Counted from the first letter of the stretch, positions 17,858 through 27,944 are shown. The stretch is 64,000 nucleotides of DNA from an uncultured Clostridia bacterium (GCA_946407735.1 CAMJPL010000001.1:88182-152181); one strand, 5' to 3'. Notes: generated from the sequence alone by a model not told the origin. Made by a program: numbers and translations.

Positions 17858-19129
17858 ATGGTATATGTGAATGATTATCTGTGCGGGAGCGACAGCGAGA
17901 GCATCGAACGGGCGATGGCGGCGAGGGACAAAGACGGGATCGTGGTCTTTGCTCCGAGAGAGTCGGATTCGGATCCCGGGCGAAATTACTGGCTTATAGA
18001 CCGCGCGATACTTCTGCCGGAGAAGACGACCGTCATACTGAGAAACTGCGACATAAAGCTCTCCGACAGATGCCGCGACAATTTCTTCCGAACGGCGAAC
18101 TGCGGCTTCGGCTTCCCCTATCCGAAGCCGATAAGCGGAGTCCATATAAAAGGCGAAGGGTTCTGCCGCCTCATCGGCGCCGATCATCCGAGGGCGTCCG
18201 GCGATAGCTCGAAGACGCTTCACGCCGTCTGCCCGTTCACGCCGGAGGATCTCTGCCGGTACGCCGACTGGATCCCGGAGGAGCGCCGCTCTCCCGATAA
18301 GCTCGATTTCTGGGATCAGCACGATCACTCATACGGAACCGATGCTCTCGATCCGAATGAATCGCATTACGGCGACTGGCGGGGGATAGGCGTGCTTCTG
18401 GCAAACTGCACCGAGTTCTCGGTCGAGGGTATAAAGATCGTCGACTCCCACGGCTGGGGGATATCGCTTGAGGCCTGCTCTTACGGCGTCATAAGGGACA
18501 TTGAGTTCGACATGCGCATGTCGAAGACGATAGACGGCATGCTGTCGAATATGGAAAATCAGGACGGCATAGATATCCGAAACGGCTGCCATCATATCAC
18601 CGTGTCTGGGATAAGGGGCGAGACCGGCGACGATATGATCGCTCTCACCGCCATCGTGCCGGACAAAGAGACATATACTCCCGGCGGCTCGCTCAGATCG
18701 ACTCACGTCATGCACAACGACTGGACGCGCAGGGAGCGGGACATACACGATATCATCATCTGCGGCGTCGTCGGTCATTCGTATCTCTGCTTCCTTCTGC
18801 GCCTGCTCCCGGCAAACACGAGGATATACAATGTCGTGATAGACGGCCTGATCGACATTTCAAGGCCGATAGACCATCCTTACGGCGGGACGCTCCTTTT
18901 AGGAGACGGCGGCGGCTACGGAGAGAACCATCCCGAAAGCATGAGCGCGATATCAATAAGCAACGTCGTCTGCTCAAGCAACCGCGCCGTCTGCGTCGAG
19001 GGATATCTTAAGGATTCCTGCATATCGAACCTCATAAACAACAATCCCGCCTGCGAGGCGGTGAGCGTGTCGAGAGAGAACGGCATGGAGAACGTCATGC
19101 TGTCTAACATCGTGCAGAGAGGGAGATGA
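17858..19129 (+). CDS. Pectin-lyase-fold (right-handed beta-helix) protein, GH28-like
   Basis: NQDGIDI and TGDDMIAL resemble the GH28 NTDG and GDD motifs. Start taken at MVYVNDY (17858). Confidence 0.65.
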   Translation: MVYVNDYLCGSDSESIERAMAARDKDGIVVFAPRESDSDPGRNYWLIDRAILLPEKTTVILRNCDIKLSDRCRDNFFRTANCGFGFPYPKPISGVHIKGEGFCRLIGADHPRASGDSSKTLHAVCPFTPEDLCRYADWIPEERRSPDKLDFWDQHDHSYGTDALDPNESHYGDWRGIGVLLANCTEFSVEGIKIVDSHGWGISLEACSYGVIRDIEFDMRMSKTIDGMLSNMENQDGIDIRNGCHHITVSGIRGETGDDMIALTAIVPDKETYTPGGSLRSTHVMHNDWTRRERDIHDIIICGVVGHSYLCFLLRLLPANTRIYNVVIDGLIDISRPIDHPYGGTLLLGDGGGYGENHPESMSAISISNVVCSSNRAVCVEGYLKDSCISNLINNNPACEAVSVSRENGMENVMLSNIVQRGR

Positions 19130-19175
19130 GCGGGAACGGCTTCGCTCAGATCCTGCTTCATAACCGAATAATAAG

Positions 19176-19213
19176 CTCCGGCCCGGGATCATTCCGGGCC
19201 GGAGGTTCGTTTT
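19176..19213. terminator. Bidirectional terminator between convergent genes
   Basis: CTCCGGCCCGG-gatcatt-CCGGGCCGGAG, flanked by an A-rich run upstream and a T-rich run downstream. Confidence 0.7.
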
Positions 19214-19449
19214 TATATCTTCCCGTCCTTTTCCGCAGACTCGATCAGCCGCGCGAAGTCCTTCGCGCTCCAGCCGCCGGTCGGCTTTTCATGCCCGACG
19301 GCGTTGAAGAAGCAGGTCGGGATCTCGCCGAGCCGAAGGTTCTTCGCCACGCACGGGGCGCAGCCGAGATCGTGGTTGACGGGATTCAGCGGACACGATG
19401 TGTCGCCGCAGGTGCAGAAGGGAACGGAAACCGTTTTTTTGTCAGCCAT
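19213..19449 (-). CDS. Small cysteine-rich protein (78 aa), function unknown
   Basis: Six Cys in the first 46 residues (CTCGDTSCPLNPVNHDLGCAPC...PTC). Its start overlaps the yfhO-like stop by 8 nt. Confidence 0.6.
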   Translation of the reverse strand: MADKKTVSVPFCTCGDTSCPLNPVNHDLGCAPCVAKNLRLGEIPTCFFNAVGHEKPTGGWSAKDFARLIESAEKDGKI

Positions 19450-22387
19450 TGTCTGCGTCCCCGTTCTCGTCAGACGAGCCGCCGTCCTGCGTCACGTCCT
19501 GTGAGGGGGCGTCATCCGGCTGTTCCGTCTGATCCGAAGGAACTGCGCTTTCCGCTGAGCCTTCGCCGTTTTCGGTCCGCACAGCCGGGACAAGCTCCGT
19601 CTTTCCGCCGTCGTCGTACATCTCATAACCGGCGTCGAAGACGGGATCCGGGATATAGCGGTGATTGTCGTGCCACAGCTTGTCGAACATCATCACCCCG
19701 ACGAGAAGCACGAGACCGACGGCGCAGAGCACGGTGCCGATCATTAGCGGCTTCTGCCGGTAAAGAAGCTCTATCGTATGACTTCCCTCGGTGATGCCAG
19801 CGGCGAGAAGCGCGTCGCCGGAGGTCTTGAACGTCTCTGCTCTTTCGCCGTCGATATAGACCTGCCATCCCTCATCGTACGGGATCGTGGTGTACAGGGT
19901 GGTGAGACCGCTGCCGGACGGGATGTCTATCGTACCGTAAAGACGCGTGTCGCTGAACTCGGTGATGTCCATCATCGCCTGACGCAGGCGGGGCATGATC
20001 TGCTTATAGAGCTCGGTGTCGAGATAGTAGAAGTATTTCGACGAGTTGGCGATGTAAAGCTCCTCTTTTTCAAGCTTGAGCGAGACGTAGACGTCCTCGC
20101 CCTCCTCGAACGCGCCTATCTTCTGGATGCAGTCGGTGTCGTTGCCGAGGATGTTGCCCTCCTTCGAGCCGCCGACGTAGATCGAGCATTCGCGCGGGTA
20201 ATCGGTCGGAACGAAGATATATATGTCGTTCTCGAGGCCGCCGCCCTTGATCCGCATGGCTATGCGGGCGTCCTGCTTGCCCGGCTCGGGGGAGTATTTC
20301 TTGTGGCCGGTGACGAAGCTTATGTCGCAGTTCTGGTAGTCTATGTCCTCCGCCTTGACGTAATGCCACACCTCGACGGTCTTTTCCTCGCCGAGCATGG
20401 CGGTTATCATCGCGTTCATCAGCTCGAACGGGTTTTCCGGCTCGTACAGGTCGAGTTCGCGTATATCGTCGCTGACGGCGGAGACGGGCTGGATGTAGTA
20501 CGGGTTTGAGTAGGCGTAGAGGTTGTTGTCGGTGTCGGAGTCTATCTCGTTATAAAATCTGTCGTCCTGCTGCTCCTCGAATACGATATATTTCAGTCCG
20601 AGAAGGGAATTTGACACCGGGGTGCCGCCGAGCGACTTCGACCAGTTCGATTTCGAGGCGTAGCCCATCTGATTGAGCAGCTTCACGACGGAGGTGTTCA
20701 TCAGCGAGGACGAGTTCGACAGACCGTTGTAGCCGAACGCCATCGGGTCGTTGGTCTTGCGGTGGAAGGTCTTCTCCATGCGGTAGAAGGAATCGTCCGA
20801 CGCGAGGATCCTGTTGAACAGAGGCGTGCAGCGGTCCATGTGGTTGACATATGTCGTGCGCGAGGTGTAGACGACGTCGGCGTCGAGAGATGTGGTGTTC
20901 AGCAGTCCGGCGCAGAACATCTCGAGCGACATGAATATGATTATCAGCGTCGAGGCCGATTTCACGGCGTCCTTTTTCGTCCCGTAAAGCGCTCCGAGCA
21001 GCGCCGCCCATATAATCAGGCATCCCGCCGATACCCATGTGAACTGGAGATCGTCGAGGAACTCGTAATCCAGCTTCTGTATGATGAAGGCGAGGATCAG
21101 CTCGGCCGCGGCGGCCGCGATGACGGTGTTCACCGGCACGCGCTTCTCGGCGTATGAGCTGAACGCCTTGTATCCGAGAAGTATGATGAAGAACACCAGC
21201 ATGAAGGAGTAGCGGTAGTTGAGCCAGTTCGGCTTCTGCAGCCCGTGCCAGAATATGTCGATGGTCGAGCCGTTGAAGCAGAAGGCGAAGAAGGCAAGGG
21301 CGATCCCGCCCCAGATCTTCTGCCTCTTCGGCACGTCGGGAGCCGTGAAGAAGACCGGCAGCATGATCAGCGACAGCGTCCCGCAGTAGACGAAGGGAAG
21401 TCCGGTCGGTCTCACCGTGTCGTACGAGCCGGGATAGAGCTTGACGATGAGGTCGAGGAAGTCGAACTGCTGCTTGAACGAGTAGTCTGGATTCGAGAAG
21501 GTGGTCTTGCCGAAGGTGAGGGCGTAATAGGTCGGGAGGATTATCACCGACGCTATCATCGCGGCGATGACGCTGAGTATGAACAGCCTGAGGAAGACGC
21601 GGGGGAAGTGCCCCTTCACCATCTCGGGGTTGCGCTCGTACTCGGAGCGGCTGAAATAGTAATAGACGCAGTAGAAGACCGTGAAGATGCACATCATGAA
21701 GCCGATGTAGAAGTTCACGATCATGGCGAGGGCGAGAGAGACGGTGTAAAGCGTGCAGTCGCGCCGCCTTATCATCCGCTCGATGCCGAGCACCAGCATC
21801 GGCAGGATTACAAGCTCGTCTATCCACATCGTGTTGTGCGCCTGCACGATGGCGTAGGCGCAGAGGGCGTACATCGTCGAGAAGGTAAGGATCCTCGACT
21901 TCTTCGTGTAGTGCGCCTGATGCAGATAGAGCGCCATCGAACCTCCGCAGCATCCGCATTTGATCAGGTGCAGCGCGAGAAGCGCCTCGGTGATGTGGAT
22001 CTTCGGGAATAGCGCCACGATGGCCGAGAACGGCGAGGCGATATAGTATGCGTATATGCCGAGCATCTCGCCGCCGAGCGAGCGCTCGAAGGTGTAGACC
22101 ATGCTCCTGCCGTGCAGTATTACGTTGCGCAGGTATTCAAAGAAGCTGACGTACTGGCCGTTGAGGTCGAGCACGAGCACTGAGTTGCCGCCGAACGGGT
22201 AGACTCCCATGGCTATGAATATCAGCCACATGAGGAGCATCGGCAGCATGAACGCGCCGATCAGATAACCGTATTCGGTGTCGGTGAAAAAGCCGCGGAT
22301 CCTTTTTAGGATCCCGGGACCTCTCTTTTTCTTTTTTTCTTCCTTTACTTCCGGCTCCGCGGCCGGGTTTGGGATCGCGTTGTCCAT
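19442..22387 (-). CDS. YfhO family polytopic membrane protein (glycosyltransferase-like)
   Basis: N-terminal YPFGGNSVLVLDLNGQYVSFFEYLRNV...GGEMLGIYAYYIASPF is the YfhO signature. Many TM segments and a large C-terminal extracytoplasmic domain. Confidence 0.85.
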   Translation of the reverse strand: MDNAIPNPAAEPEVKEEKKKKRGPGILKRIRGFFTDTEYGYLIGAFMLPMLLMWLIFIAMGVYPFGGNSVLVLDLNGQYVSFFEYLRNVILHGRSMVYTFERSLGGEMLGIYAYYIASPFSAIVALFPKIHITEALLALHLIKCGCCGGSMALYLHQAHYTKKSRILTFSTMYALCAYAIVQAHNTMWIDELVILPMLVLGIERMIRRRDCTLYTVSLALAMIVNFYIGFMMCIFTVFYCVYYYFSRSEYERNPEMVKGHFPRVFLRLFILSVIAAMIASVIILPTYYALTFGKTTFSNPDYSFKQQFDFLDLIVKLYPGSYDTVRPTGLPFVYCGTLSLIMLPVFFTAPDVPKRQKIWGGIALAFFAFCFNGSTIDIFWHGLQKPNWLNYRYSFMLVFFIILLGYKAFSSYAEKRVPVNTVIAAAAAELILAFIIQKLDYEFLDDLQFTWVSAGCLIIWAALLGALYGTKKDAVKSASTLIIIFMSLEMFCAGLLNTTSLDADVVYTSRTTYVNHMDRCTPLFNRILASDDSFYRMEKTFHRKTNDPMAFGYNGLSNSSSLMNTSVVKLLNQMGYASKSNWSKSLGGTPVSNSLLGLKYIVFEEQQDDRFYNEIDSDTDNNLYAYSNPYYIQPVSAVSDDIRELDLYEPENPFELMNAMITAMLGEEKTVEVWHYVKAEDIDYQNCDISFVTGHKKYSPEPGKQDARIAMRIKGGGLENDIYIFVPTDYPRECSIYVGGSKEGNILGNDTDCIQKIGAFEEGEDVYVSLKLEKEELYIANSSKYFYYLDTELYKQIMPRLRQAMMDITEFSDTRLYGTIDIPSGSGLTTLYTTIPYDEGWQVYIDGERAETFKTSGDALLAAGITEGSHTIELLYRQKPLMIGTVLCAVGLVLLVGVMMFDKLWHDNHRYIPDPVFDAGYEMYDDGGKTELVPAVRTENGEGSAESAVPSDQTEQPDDAPSQDVTQDGGSSDENGDADNG

Positions 22388-22392
22388 ATTTC

Positions 22393-22647
22393 TTACTGTC
22401 CGGCGTCCGATGTGATGCGTTCCTTTTCCTTTTCCGCCGCGGCCGTCAGCTCCTGAGCCGGCACGCCGTTCACGCGCTTTATCGACTTCTCGAGCTTCAC
22501 CCTCGGCGTCATGACGTCACGGGAGCAGCCGGAGCATCTCATGCCGATGTCGGAGCCTATCCGCGTGACGGTGAAGCTGTCGCTTCCGCAGGGATGTTTT
22601 TTCTTCAATGTGAGCGTATCGCCCACCGCGATTGGTATTATCTTCAT
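22393..22647 (-). CDS. DUF951-like small protein
   Basis: VGDTLTLKKKHPCGSDSFTVTRIGSDIGMRCSGCSRDVMTPR matches the DUF951 pattern as I recall it. The start is ambiguous: ATG at 22647 or TTG at 22665. Confidence 0.6.
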   Translation of the reverse strand: MKIIPIAVGDTLTLKKKHPCGSDSFTVTRIGSDIGMRCSGCSRDVMTPRVKLEKSIKRVNGVPAQELTAAAEKEKERITSDAGQ

Positions 22648-22775
22648 GGAGATAAAATCGGGCAAAAATGTTTCCGCCCCCGCGCCTGGCGCGGAGGATC
22701 AGCTTATTGTATCTGCCGGATAATATTATATCACTCCCGCACTCTTTTGTAAACATGAATTTTATTAAATAGAGG

Positions 22776-22809
22776 AAAAATCCCGCCCCGGCATGGCGCC
22801 TGAGCGGGA
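22776..22809 (-). terminator. Possible terminator after the beta-propeller gene
   Basis: On the minus strand, TCCCGC...GCGGGA stem followed by ATTTTT. The loop is long, so confidence is low. Confidence 0.4.
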
Positions 22810-22827
22810 AAAAGCGGCGGATCGGCT

Positions 22828-24150
22828 TTATTTCGCCGACATATCGCTCCCTATCGCGTAAAGATCGGCCTCGCAGAGCTCTATCTCCATCCTTCCGGTC
22901 TTCCCGGCAAGCCCGTCTGCGTGCATGCGGCGGGAAATGTCATTGCCGAAAAGCTCGTCGGAGGCATATATCTCTTCACCGTCATCTCCGACGATCTTCA
23001 CCTTCACATACCCGTAGGCCGACGTCGAGAAGTTGATATGGATGTCGTCGCTCTCGAAAGTCAGCTCCTTCGTCGTCATACGTCCGCCTCTGCCGTCTGC
23101 GTAAAGCGACATGAAGCGGAAGCGCGGCACGGCGTATGCGAAGATGCCGTCGTCGTCCCACATGTAATTCTGCTCGGTGTAGAAGATGAACCTGTCGTCT
23201 CTCTCGACGATCCCGCCGACGGCGATGAAGCATCTCTGCGTCCATTCGTGGCTGTAAAGCCCGCCGCGTATGAATCCGTCCTTTATCGGTCGGTCCCAGA
23301 CGTGACCGTCGCGGGAGGTCATGAGCACCATGTCGGAGACGCCGGAGCTGGGATAATCGCCGAGCGCCTTCCTCGTCTCCATGAAGCGCATCGGCATCGA
23401 GATCAGCATATGCCCGGCGCCCGGTATCGGACGGGCGGCGTTGGTGTAAAGATGCTCGCATATGCCTATGCCGGGATACTCGTTCGGTATCGTCGGGCCC
23501 CAGTGGATGAAGTCCTTCGACTCGGCCGACGAGATGCACCGCCAGCCGCTGTACCCGTCCCCCGACCATGTGCGGAAGTAGGCGCGGTAGACTCCGGCAT
23601 TCGTGTCATAGAACGCCATGTTCATCGAGTCGAAGATGCCGTCGGTTATGACCGGATCGTCCGCCATCAGCGTCCAGTGCATGCCGTCCGGGCTCGACCA
23701 CGCCCTCAGGCCGCCGGTGACCTGCAGGCCGCCGATGGCCTTGAATCTCTCATCCGGCCTGCAGTCGGGGTTCGTATCGAGGAACGGCGCGAAATTGTGG
23801 CAGTTTATGTCCATGCGGACGATGTTGTTTTCCTTTATGCCGTCGTAGTCGATCATGCCGACCTTCGCCCGCTCGAAATGTACGCCGTCACAGCTTACGG
23901 CGAGGCAGGACGTCTGCATGTCGTCGTAGTCGGTCTTGCCCTGACCCGGGAAGCCGCGGTAGTAGAGCATTACCTTTCCGCCGTCGTCGATACAGGACAG
24001 ACCGAGGCTGCCCTCGCCCTCCCATGGCTGATCGAACGGGATGACCATGCCGAGCTTTTCCGGCTTCTCATACCGGAATGACAGCCCATCCTTTTTGTCG
24101 ATAAGGTATCCGTCGGTAAAGAGCTCGACCCGTTTTCCGAAGCTGATCAT
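22828..24150 (-). CDS. Beta-propeller glycoside-hydrolase-like protein with Asp-box-like motifs
   Basis: Recurring SPDGMHW, SKDFIHW and SRDGHVW motifs. Start at MISFGK (24150) lies directly after the stop of the upstream SBP gene. The family was not identified. Confidence 0.55.
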   Translation of the reverse strand: MISFGKRVELFTDGYLIDKKDGLSFRYEKPEKLGMVIPFDQPWEGEGSLGLSCIDDGGKVMLYYRGFPGQGKTDYDDMQTSCLAVSCDGVHFERAKVGMIDYDGIKENNIVRMDINCHNFAPFLDTNPDCRPDERFKAIGGLQVTGGLRAWSSPDGMHWTLMADDPVITDGIFDSMNMAFYDTNAGVYRAYFRTWSGDGYSGWRCISSAESKDFIHWGPTIPNEYPGIGICEHLYTNAARPIPGAGHMLISMPMRFMETRKALGDYPSSGVSDMVLMTSRDGHVWDRPIKDGFIRGGLYSHEWTQRCFIAVGGIVERDDRFIFYTEQNYMWDDDGIFAYAVPRFRFMSLYADGRGGRMTTKELTFESDDIHINFSTSAYGYVKVKIVGDDGEEIYASDELFGNDISRRMHADGLAGKTGRMEIELCEADLYAIGSDMSAK

Positions 24151-24152
24151 GA

Positions 24153-25613
24153 TTACAGTCCTTTCACCGTCTCGATGAGAGCGTCTATCTTCTTCTGGAA
24201 TTTGTCGTGGTTTTTCGCCCATTTGGAGGCGTAGTTCTTGTCGGCTATGCTGTTTATTATATCCCCGATGTCGCGGCTGAATATGTACATGAAATCGGAC
24301 GCGCAGGTCCTGCCGATGATATCGAGCATCTCGACCGATTCCTCGTCGCGGGTGCTCTTGCGCTTGATGGCGGTCTCGAAGTACGCCGGCTTTACCGTCT
24401 GCTCGGAATAGTACTGCATCGCCTCGGTTATGACGGCCGACATCTCCTCGTTTTTAACATATGCCGGGATGCCGACGGCGTCGTTCACGGTCGGTGTGAT
24501 ATAGTCGCTCTGCGACTCGTCGTATTTCGGCGAGGGGATGATGCCGAAGTTCTCCATCTCGCGCATGATGTCCCATGTCGCGAAATCGAGACGGTGGATC
24601 ATGAACAGCGCCCCGCTGTTCGCGAAGAAGCTCTGTATCTTGGAATATACCTCATGTGAATCGGCTCCGGTGAACTTGTCCTGACCGAGATAGATATCGC
24701 TTTTTTCCAGATTCAGCAGTATGTCGTTGATCGAGATCAGCCTGTCGCCAATGTCTTTGAGCGTTATGGAACCGTCGGAGGTCTTTTCGGTGTAGAAATA
24801 GCCCATGGCGTTGACTTCCATCGCCATGTAGTCGTTTGTCGATACCAGTCCCACCCTGTCGTCGAGTCCGTATTTTCCGTTTCCGTCGAGATCGGTCACG
24901 ACGGCGGAGCCCATCTCGCTCAGCTTGTCGAAGGTCCATTTCCCGGCCTTTACGGTGTCGTACAGGTTCTCGAGATTGTAGTCGGCGACGAGGTTCTTGT
25001 TGAAGAATGTGACTATCGACCACGCCACGGTGTTGAGCCCGGCCGCCCCGGAGGCGAGATACTGCCTTCCGGCGACCTCGACCTGATCGTCGGCGTACTG
25101 ATACCACCATGGCTGGGAAAGGTCTATCTGAGAGTACTGATGAAGATCGCTCAGCAGTCCCGCCGAGATATGCGGCGAGACGTACGAGACCGATCCTATG
25201 AGCATATCGTAGTCGCCGCTGCCGCCCATGACGCTTCCCGAGAGCGCGGTCGAAACATCGGCCATACCTGCCGTATATCCGTTGAATATCCTGTAATTCA
25301 GCTTTATATTATAGTTTTCCTCAAGCAGGCGGTTGCGCTCGTAGACGGCGTCGTTTACGACGTCGCCTGTCTGCTCGGCGGTATAGAAGTTCTGCCACTG
25401 CTCGCAGGCGGCGAGAATGCTGAATTCGGCGCCGCCGAAATCCCCCTGCGATATCGGCGGCAGCGTCTCGGCTTCGGTCATTTCGGCCGCCGCTCCTTCC
25501 GGCTGCGATGACGGCGCGCCCTCCGTCTGTGCCGGAGCTGCGGATTCCCCTCCGCAGGCGGCTAGGGGCAGCGCAAGGCATATGGCGAGGATATAAGCCA
25601 ACAGTTTTTTCAT
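24153..25613 (-). CDS. Extracellular solute-binding lipoprotein (ABC-type), paralog 1
   Basis: Lipobox LAACGG. About 480 aa. Clear paralog of the upstream gene, sharing blocks such as YERN, DGKWTF, MREMENFG and KRKSTRD. Confidence 0.8.
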   Translation of the reverse strand: MKKLLAYILAICLALPLAACGGESAAPAQTEGAPSSQPEGAAAEMTEAETLPPISQGDFGGAEFSILAACEQWQNFYTAEQTGDVVNDAVYERNRLLEENYNIKLNYRIFNGYTAGMADVSTALSGSVMGGSGDYDMLIGSVSYVSPHISAGLLSDLHQYSQIDLSQPWWYQYADDQVEVAGRQYLASGAAGLNTVAWSIVTFFNKNLVADYNLENLYDTVKAGKWTFDKLSEMGSAVVTDLDGNGKYGLDDRVGLVSTNDYMAMEVNAMGYFYTEKTSDGSITLKDIGDRLISINDILLNLEKSDIYLGQDKFTGADSHEVYSKIQSFFANSGALFMIHRLDFATWDIMREMENFGIIPSPKYDESQSDYITPTVNDAVGIPAYVKNEEMSAVITEAMQYYSEQTVKPAYFETAIKRKSTRDEESVEMLDIIGRTCASDFMYIFSRDIGDIINSIADKNYASKWAKNHDKFQKKIDALIETVKGL

Positions 25614-25674
25614 GTTCGTCCCCCTTTCTTTGTACCTCTATTTTAAACTGATTTATCTCCTTCCGGGAGACGGA

Positions 25675-27123
25675 TCAGAAGCCCTTGACGGCTTCGACGA
25701 TCGTCTCTATCTGCGACTGCAGCTTGTCGTAGTTTTTCGCCCAGTTCGATGAGTAATCCTTGTCGCCGATGCTGTAAAGGATGTCGTCGATCTGAGTGGA
25801 GAAGAGGAACATGAAGTCGCAGGCCATCGTGCTGCCGATGATGTCGAGCATCTCGACCGAATCGTCGTCGCGGGTGCTCTTGCGCTTGAGCGCCATCTCG
25901 AAGTAGGCCGGCTTGACGGTGAGATTCGAGAAGTAGTTGAGTCCATTGAGGACCGTCGCCGACATCACGGGATCGTTCACATAGAACGGCACGCCGCAGG
26001 ATTCCGCCGCGACCGGCGTGATGTAGCTCTCCTGAGCCTCGTCGAATTTCGGCGACGGCAGGAGGCCGAAGTTCTCCATCTCGCGCATGGTGTCCTCCAT
26101 GGCGAGCATCAGCTTGTGGATGACGAACAGCGATCCGCCTCCCGCGAAGAAGGTCTGCATGTTGGCGAAGTCGGCGTAGGCGTCGGTGCCGCCGAGCTTT
26201 CTCGCCTCAAGGTAGAAGTCGCCTTCATAGAGGCCGAGGATTATGTCGTTCACCTTGAGCAGCTTGTCGTTGATGTCGCGGAGCCGGCGTCCGCCGTCGG
26301 AGGTCTTTTCGGTGTAGAAATAGTCCATGGCTCCGGCCTCGAGCGACATGAAGTCCCATGTCGAGACGATGCCGACGCGGTCGTGCTTGTTCAGCTTGCC
26401 GTTGCCGTCAAGATCGGCTGTGACGATCCCTCCCAGCTCAGCGGCCTTCGCGAAGGTCCATTTTCCGTCCTTTACTGTGTCGTAGAGGTTCTCGATATTG
26501 TAGTCGGCGGCTATGTTCTTGTTGAAGAAGGTGATGACCGATTCCGACTCGCCGAATACGGTCAGCGCGCCGGAGACGAGGTACTGCCTGCCGCAGAGCT
26601 CATACTGCTCGTTGACGAAGCCGTCGTACCACGGCCCGGCGAGGTTCACCTGCGGCATCTGGGCCAGATCGGCGTAAAGTCCCTCGGCGATATATCCGGT
26701 GATATAATATGCGCCTCCGGCGATCATGTCGTAGTCGCCGGTGCCGCTCATGACGCTCCCGGCGAGAGCGGTGTGGACCTTATCCATGCCGCCCATATTG
26801 CCGTCGAAGAGGATATAGTTGAGCTTTACGTTGTATTTCTCCTCGGTCATCATGTTGCGCTCGTAAACAGCGTCGTCTACAACGTCGCCGGTCTGCTCCG
26901 AGTCGTAGAACTCATGCCACTGCTCGACGGCGGCGAGTACGTTGAAATTCGTCCCGCCGAAATCGCCCGCCGGGATCTCCGGCTCGGTCTCGGCCGCGGT
27001 CGTCTCCGCCGGCGCTGTGTCGGGATCTCTGGCAGCGGACGGCGATCCGTTTTCACCGCCGCAGGCGGCGAGTGAGATCAGGAATGATGCGGCAAGCAGT
27101 GCCGAGGAAATCTTTTTTATCAT
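25675..27123 (-). CDS. Extracellular solute-binding lipoprotein (ABC-type), paralog 2
   Basis: Lipobox LAACGG. Collinear similarity to 24153-25613 along its whole length. Confidence 0.8.
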   Translation of the reverse strand: MIKKISSALLAASFLISLAACGGENGSPSAARDPDTAPAETTAAETEPEIPAGDFGGTNFNVLAAVEQWHEFYDSEQTGDVVDDAVYERNMMTEEKYNVKLNYILFDGNMGGMDKVHTALAGSVMSGTGDYDMIAGGAYYITGYIAEGLYADLAQMPQVNLAGPWYDGFVNEQYELCGRQYLVSGALTVFGESESVITFFNKNIAADYNIENLYDTVKDGKWTFAKAAELGGIVTADLDGNGKLNKHDRVGIVSTWDFMSLEAGAMDYFYTEKTSDGGRRLRDINDKLLKVNDIILGLYEGDFYLEARKLGGTDAYADFANMQTFFAGGGSLFVIHKLMLAMEDTMREMENFGLLPSPKFDEAQESYITPVAAESCGVPFYVNDPVMSATVLNGLNYFSNLTVKPAYFEMALKRKSTRDDDSVEMLDIIGSTMACDFMFLFSTQIDDILYSIGDKDYSSNWAKNYDKLQSQIETIVEAVKGF

Positions 27124-27287
27124 AAATCAACACCTCCGGTGTCCCCGTTAATATATCCATGACGATATTATACCCCATTTCAAAACGTTTTTCAATATCC
27201 CGGATGAAATATCCATGACGATTTTTCCCGTCCGGCGGGAGAGTGATATTAAGCTATGGATTGAGAAGAATAATTTACAATCAGCAT

Positions 27288-27316
27288 TTGAAAGACGGCG
27301 GGATATATGATATAAT
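27288..27316 (+). promoter_or_regulatory. SigA-type promoter (TTGAAA-17bp-TATAAT) of the ruv operon
   Basis: -35 at 27288-27293, 17-bp spacer, -10 at 27311-27316. Confidence 0.55.
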
Positions 27317-27366
27317 AATATAATAAACTGGATAAATATGCCCGCATGGGCAAAAACGGCGTCTAA

Positions 27367-27867
27367 ATGAAGATATTCGGAATCGACCCGGGCTACGCCA
27401 TCGTGGGCTGGGGAGTAATAGACTATAAAAACACGGCCTTCACCACCATAGCGTACGGCGCGATCACGACGAAGGCCGGAGTGGCGCCCGAGCGGCGGCT
27501 GCAGATCATCTACGAGGAGCTCGACCGTCTGCTGAAGCTGTACAAGCCCGACGCCGTCGCCGTCGAGGAGCTTTTCTTCAATACGAACCAGAAGACGGCG
27601 ATCATGGTCGCCGAGGCGCGCGGCGTGATCATACTCGCCGCCGTGAACAACGGCGTGGAGATCTTTGAGTACACCCCGCTTCAGGTGAAGCAGTCGGTCG
27701 TCGGCTACGGCCGCGCCGAGAAGGCGCAGGTGATCATGATGACCACCCGCATCCTCGGCCTCAAGTCGGCCCCGAAGCCTGACGACACCGCCGACGCTCT
27801 CGCGATAGCCGTCTGCCACGCCCACACCGGCGCGTCAAGGCTGGGGAAGTTCTATAATATTCAATAA
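27367..27867 (+). CDS. ruvC: Crossover junction endodeoxyribonuclease RuvC
   Basis: MKIFGIDPGYAIVGWGVI N-terminus and the C-terminal DTADALAIAVCH motif. Confidence 0.9.
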   Translation: MKIFGIDPGYAIVGWGVIDYKNTAFTTIAYGAITTKAGVAPERRLQIIYEELDRLLKLYKPDAVAVEELFFNTNQKTAIMVAEARGVIILAAVNNGVEIFEYTPLQVKQSVVGYGRAEKAQVIMMTTRILGLKSAPKPDDTADALAIAVCHAHTGASRLGKFYNIQ

Positions 27868-27871
27868 TAAA

Positions 27872-27944
27872 GCAGGGAGGGGAAGCCCCTTTCTGAAGAA
27901 AGTGTCTTCCCCTCCCTGCACCCACCCTTTTCCCAAAGACTTTT
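27872..27944 (-). repeat. Dispersed arm+hairpin repeat, copy B (inverted orientation)
   Basis: The reverse complement reads AAAAGTCTTTGGGAAAAGGGTGGGT, then hairpin GCAGGGAGGGGAAG...CTTCCCCTCCCTGC. Confidence 0.8.

Noticed and set aside
20550-21959. 469-aa ORF in another frame of the yfhO-like gene, plus antisense ORFs 19778-20509 and 21245-22012.
   Set aside because: The YfhO frame has the family signature and TM pattern. The alternate frames are Arg-rich artefacts.
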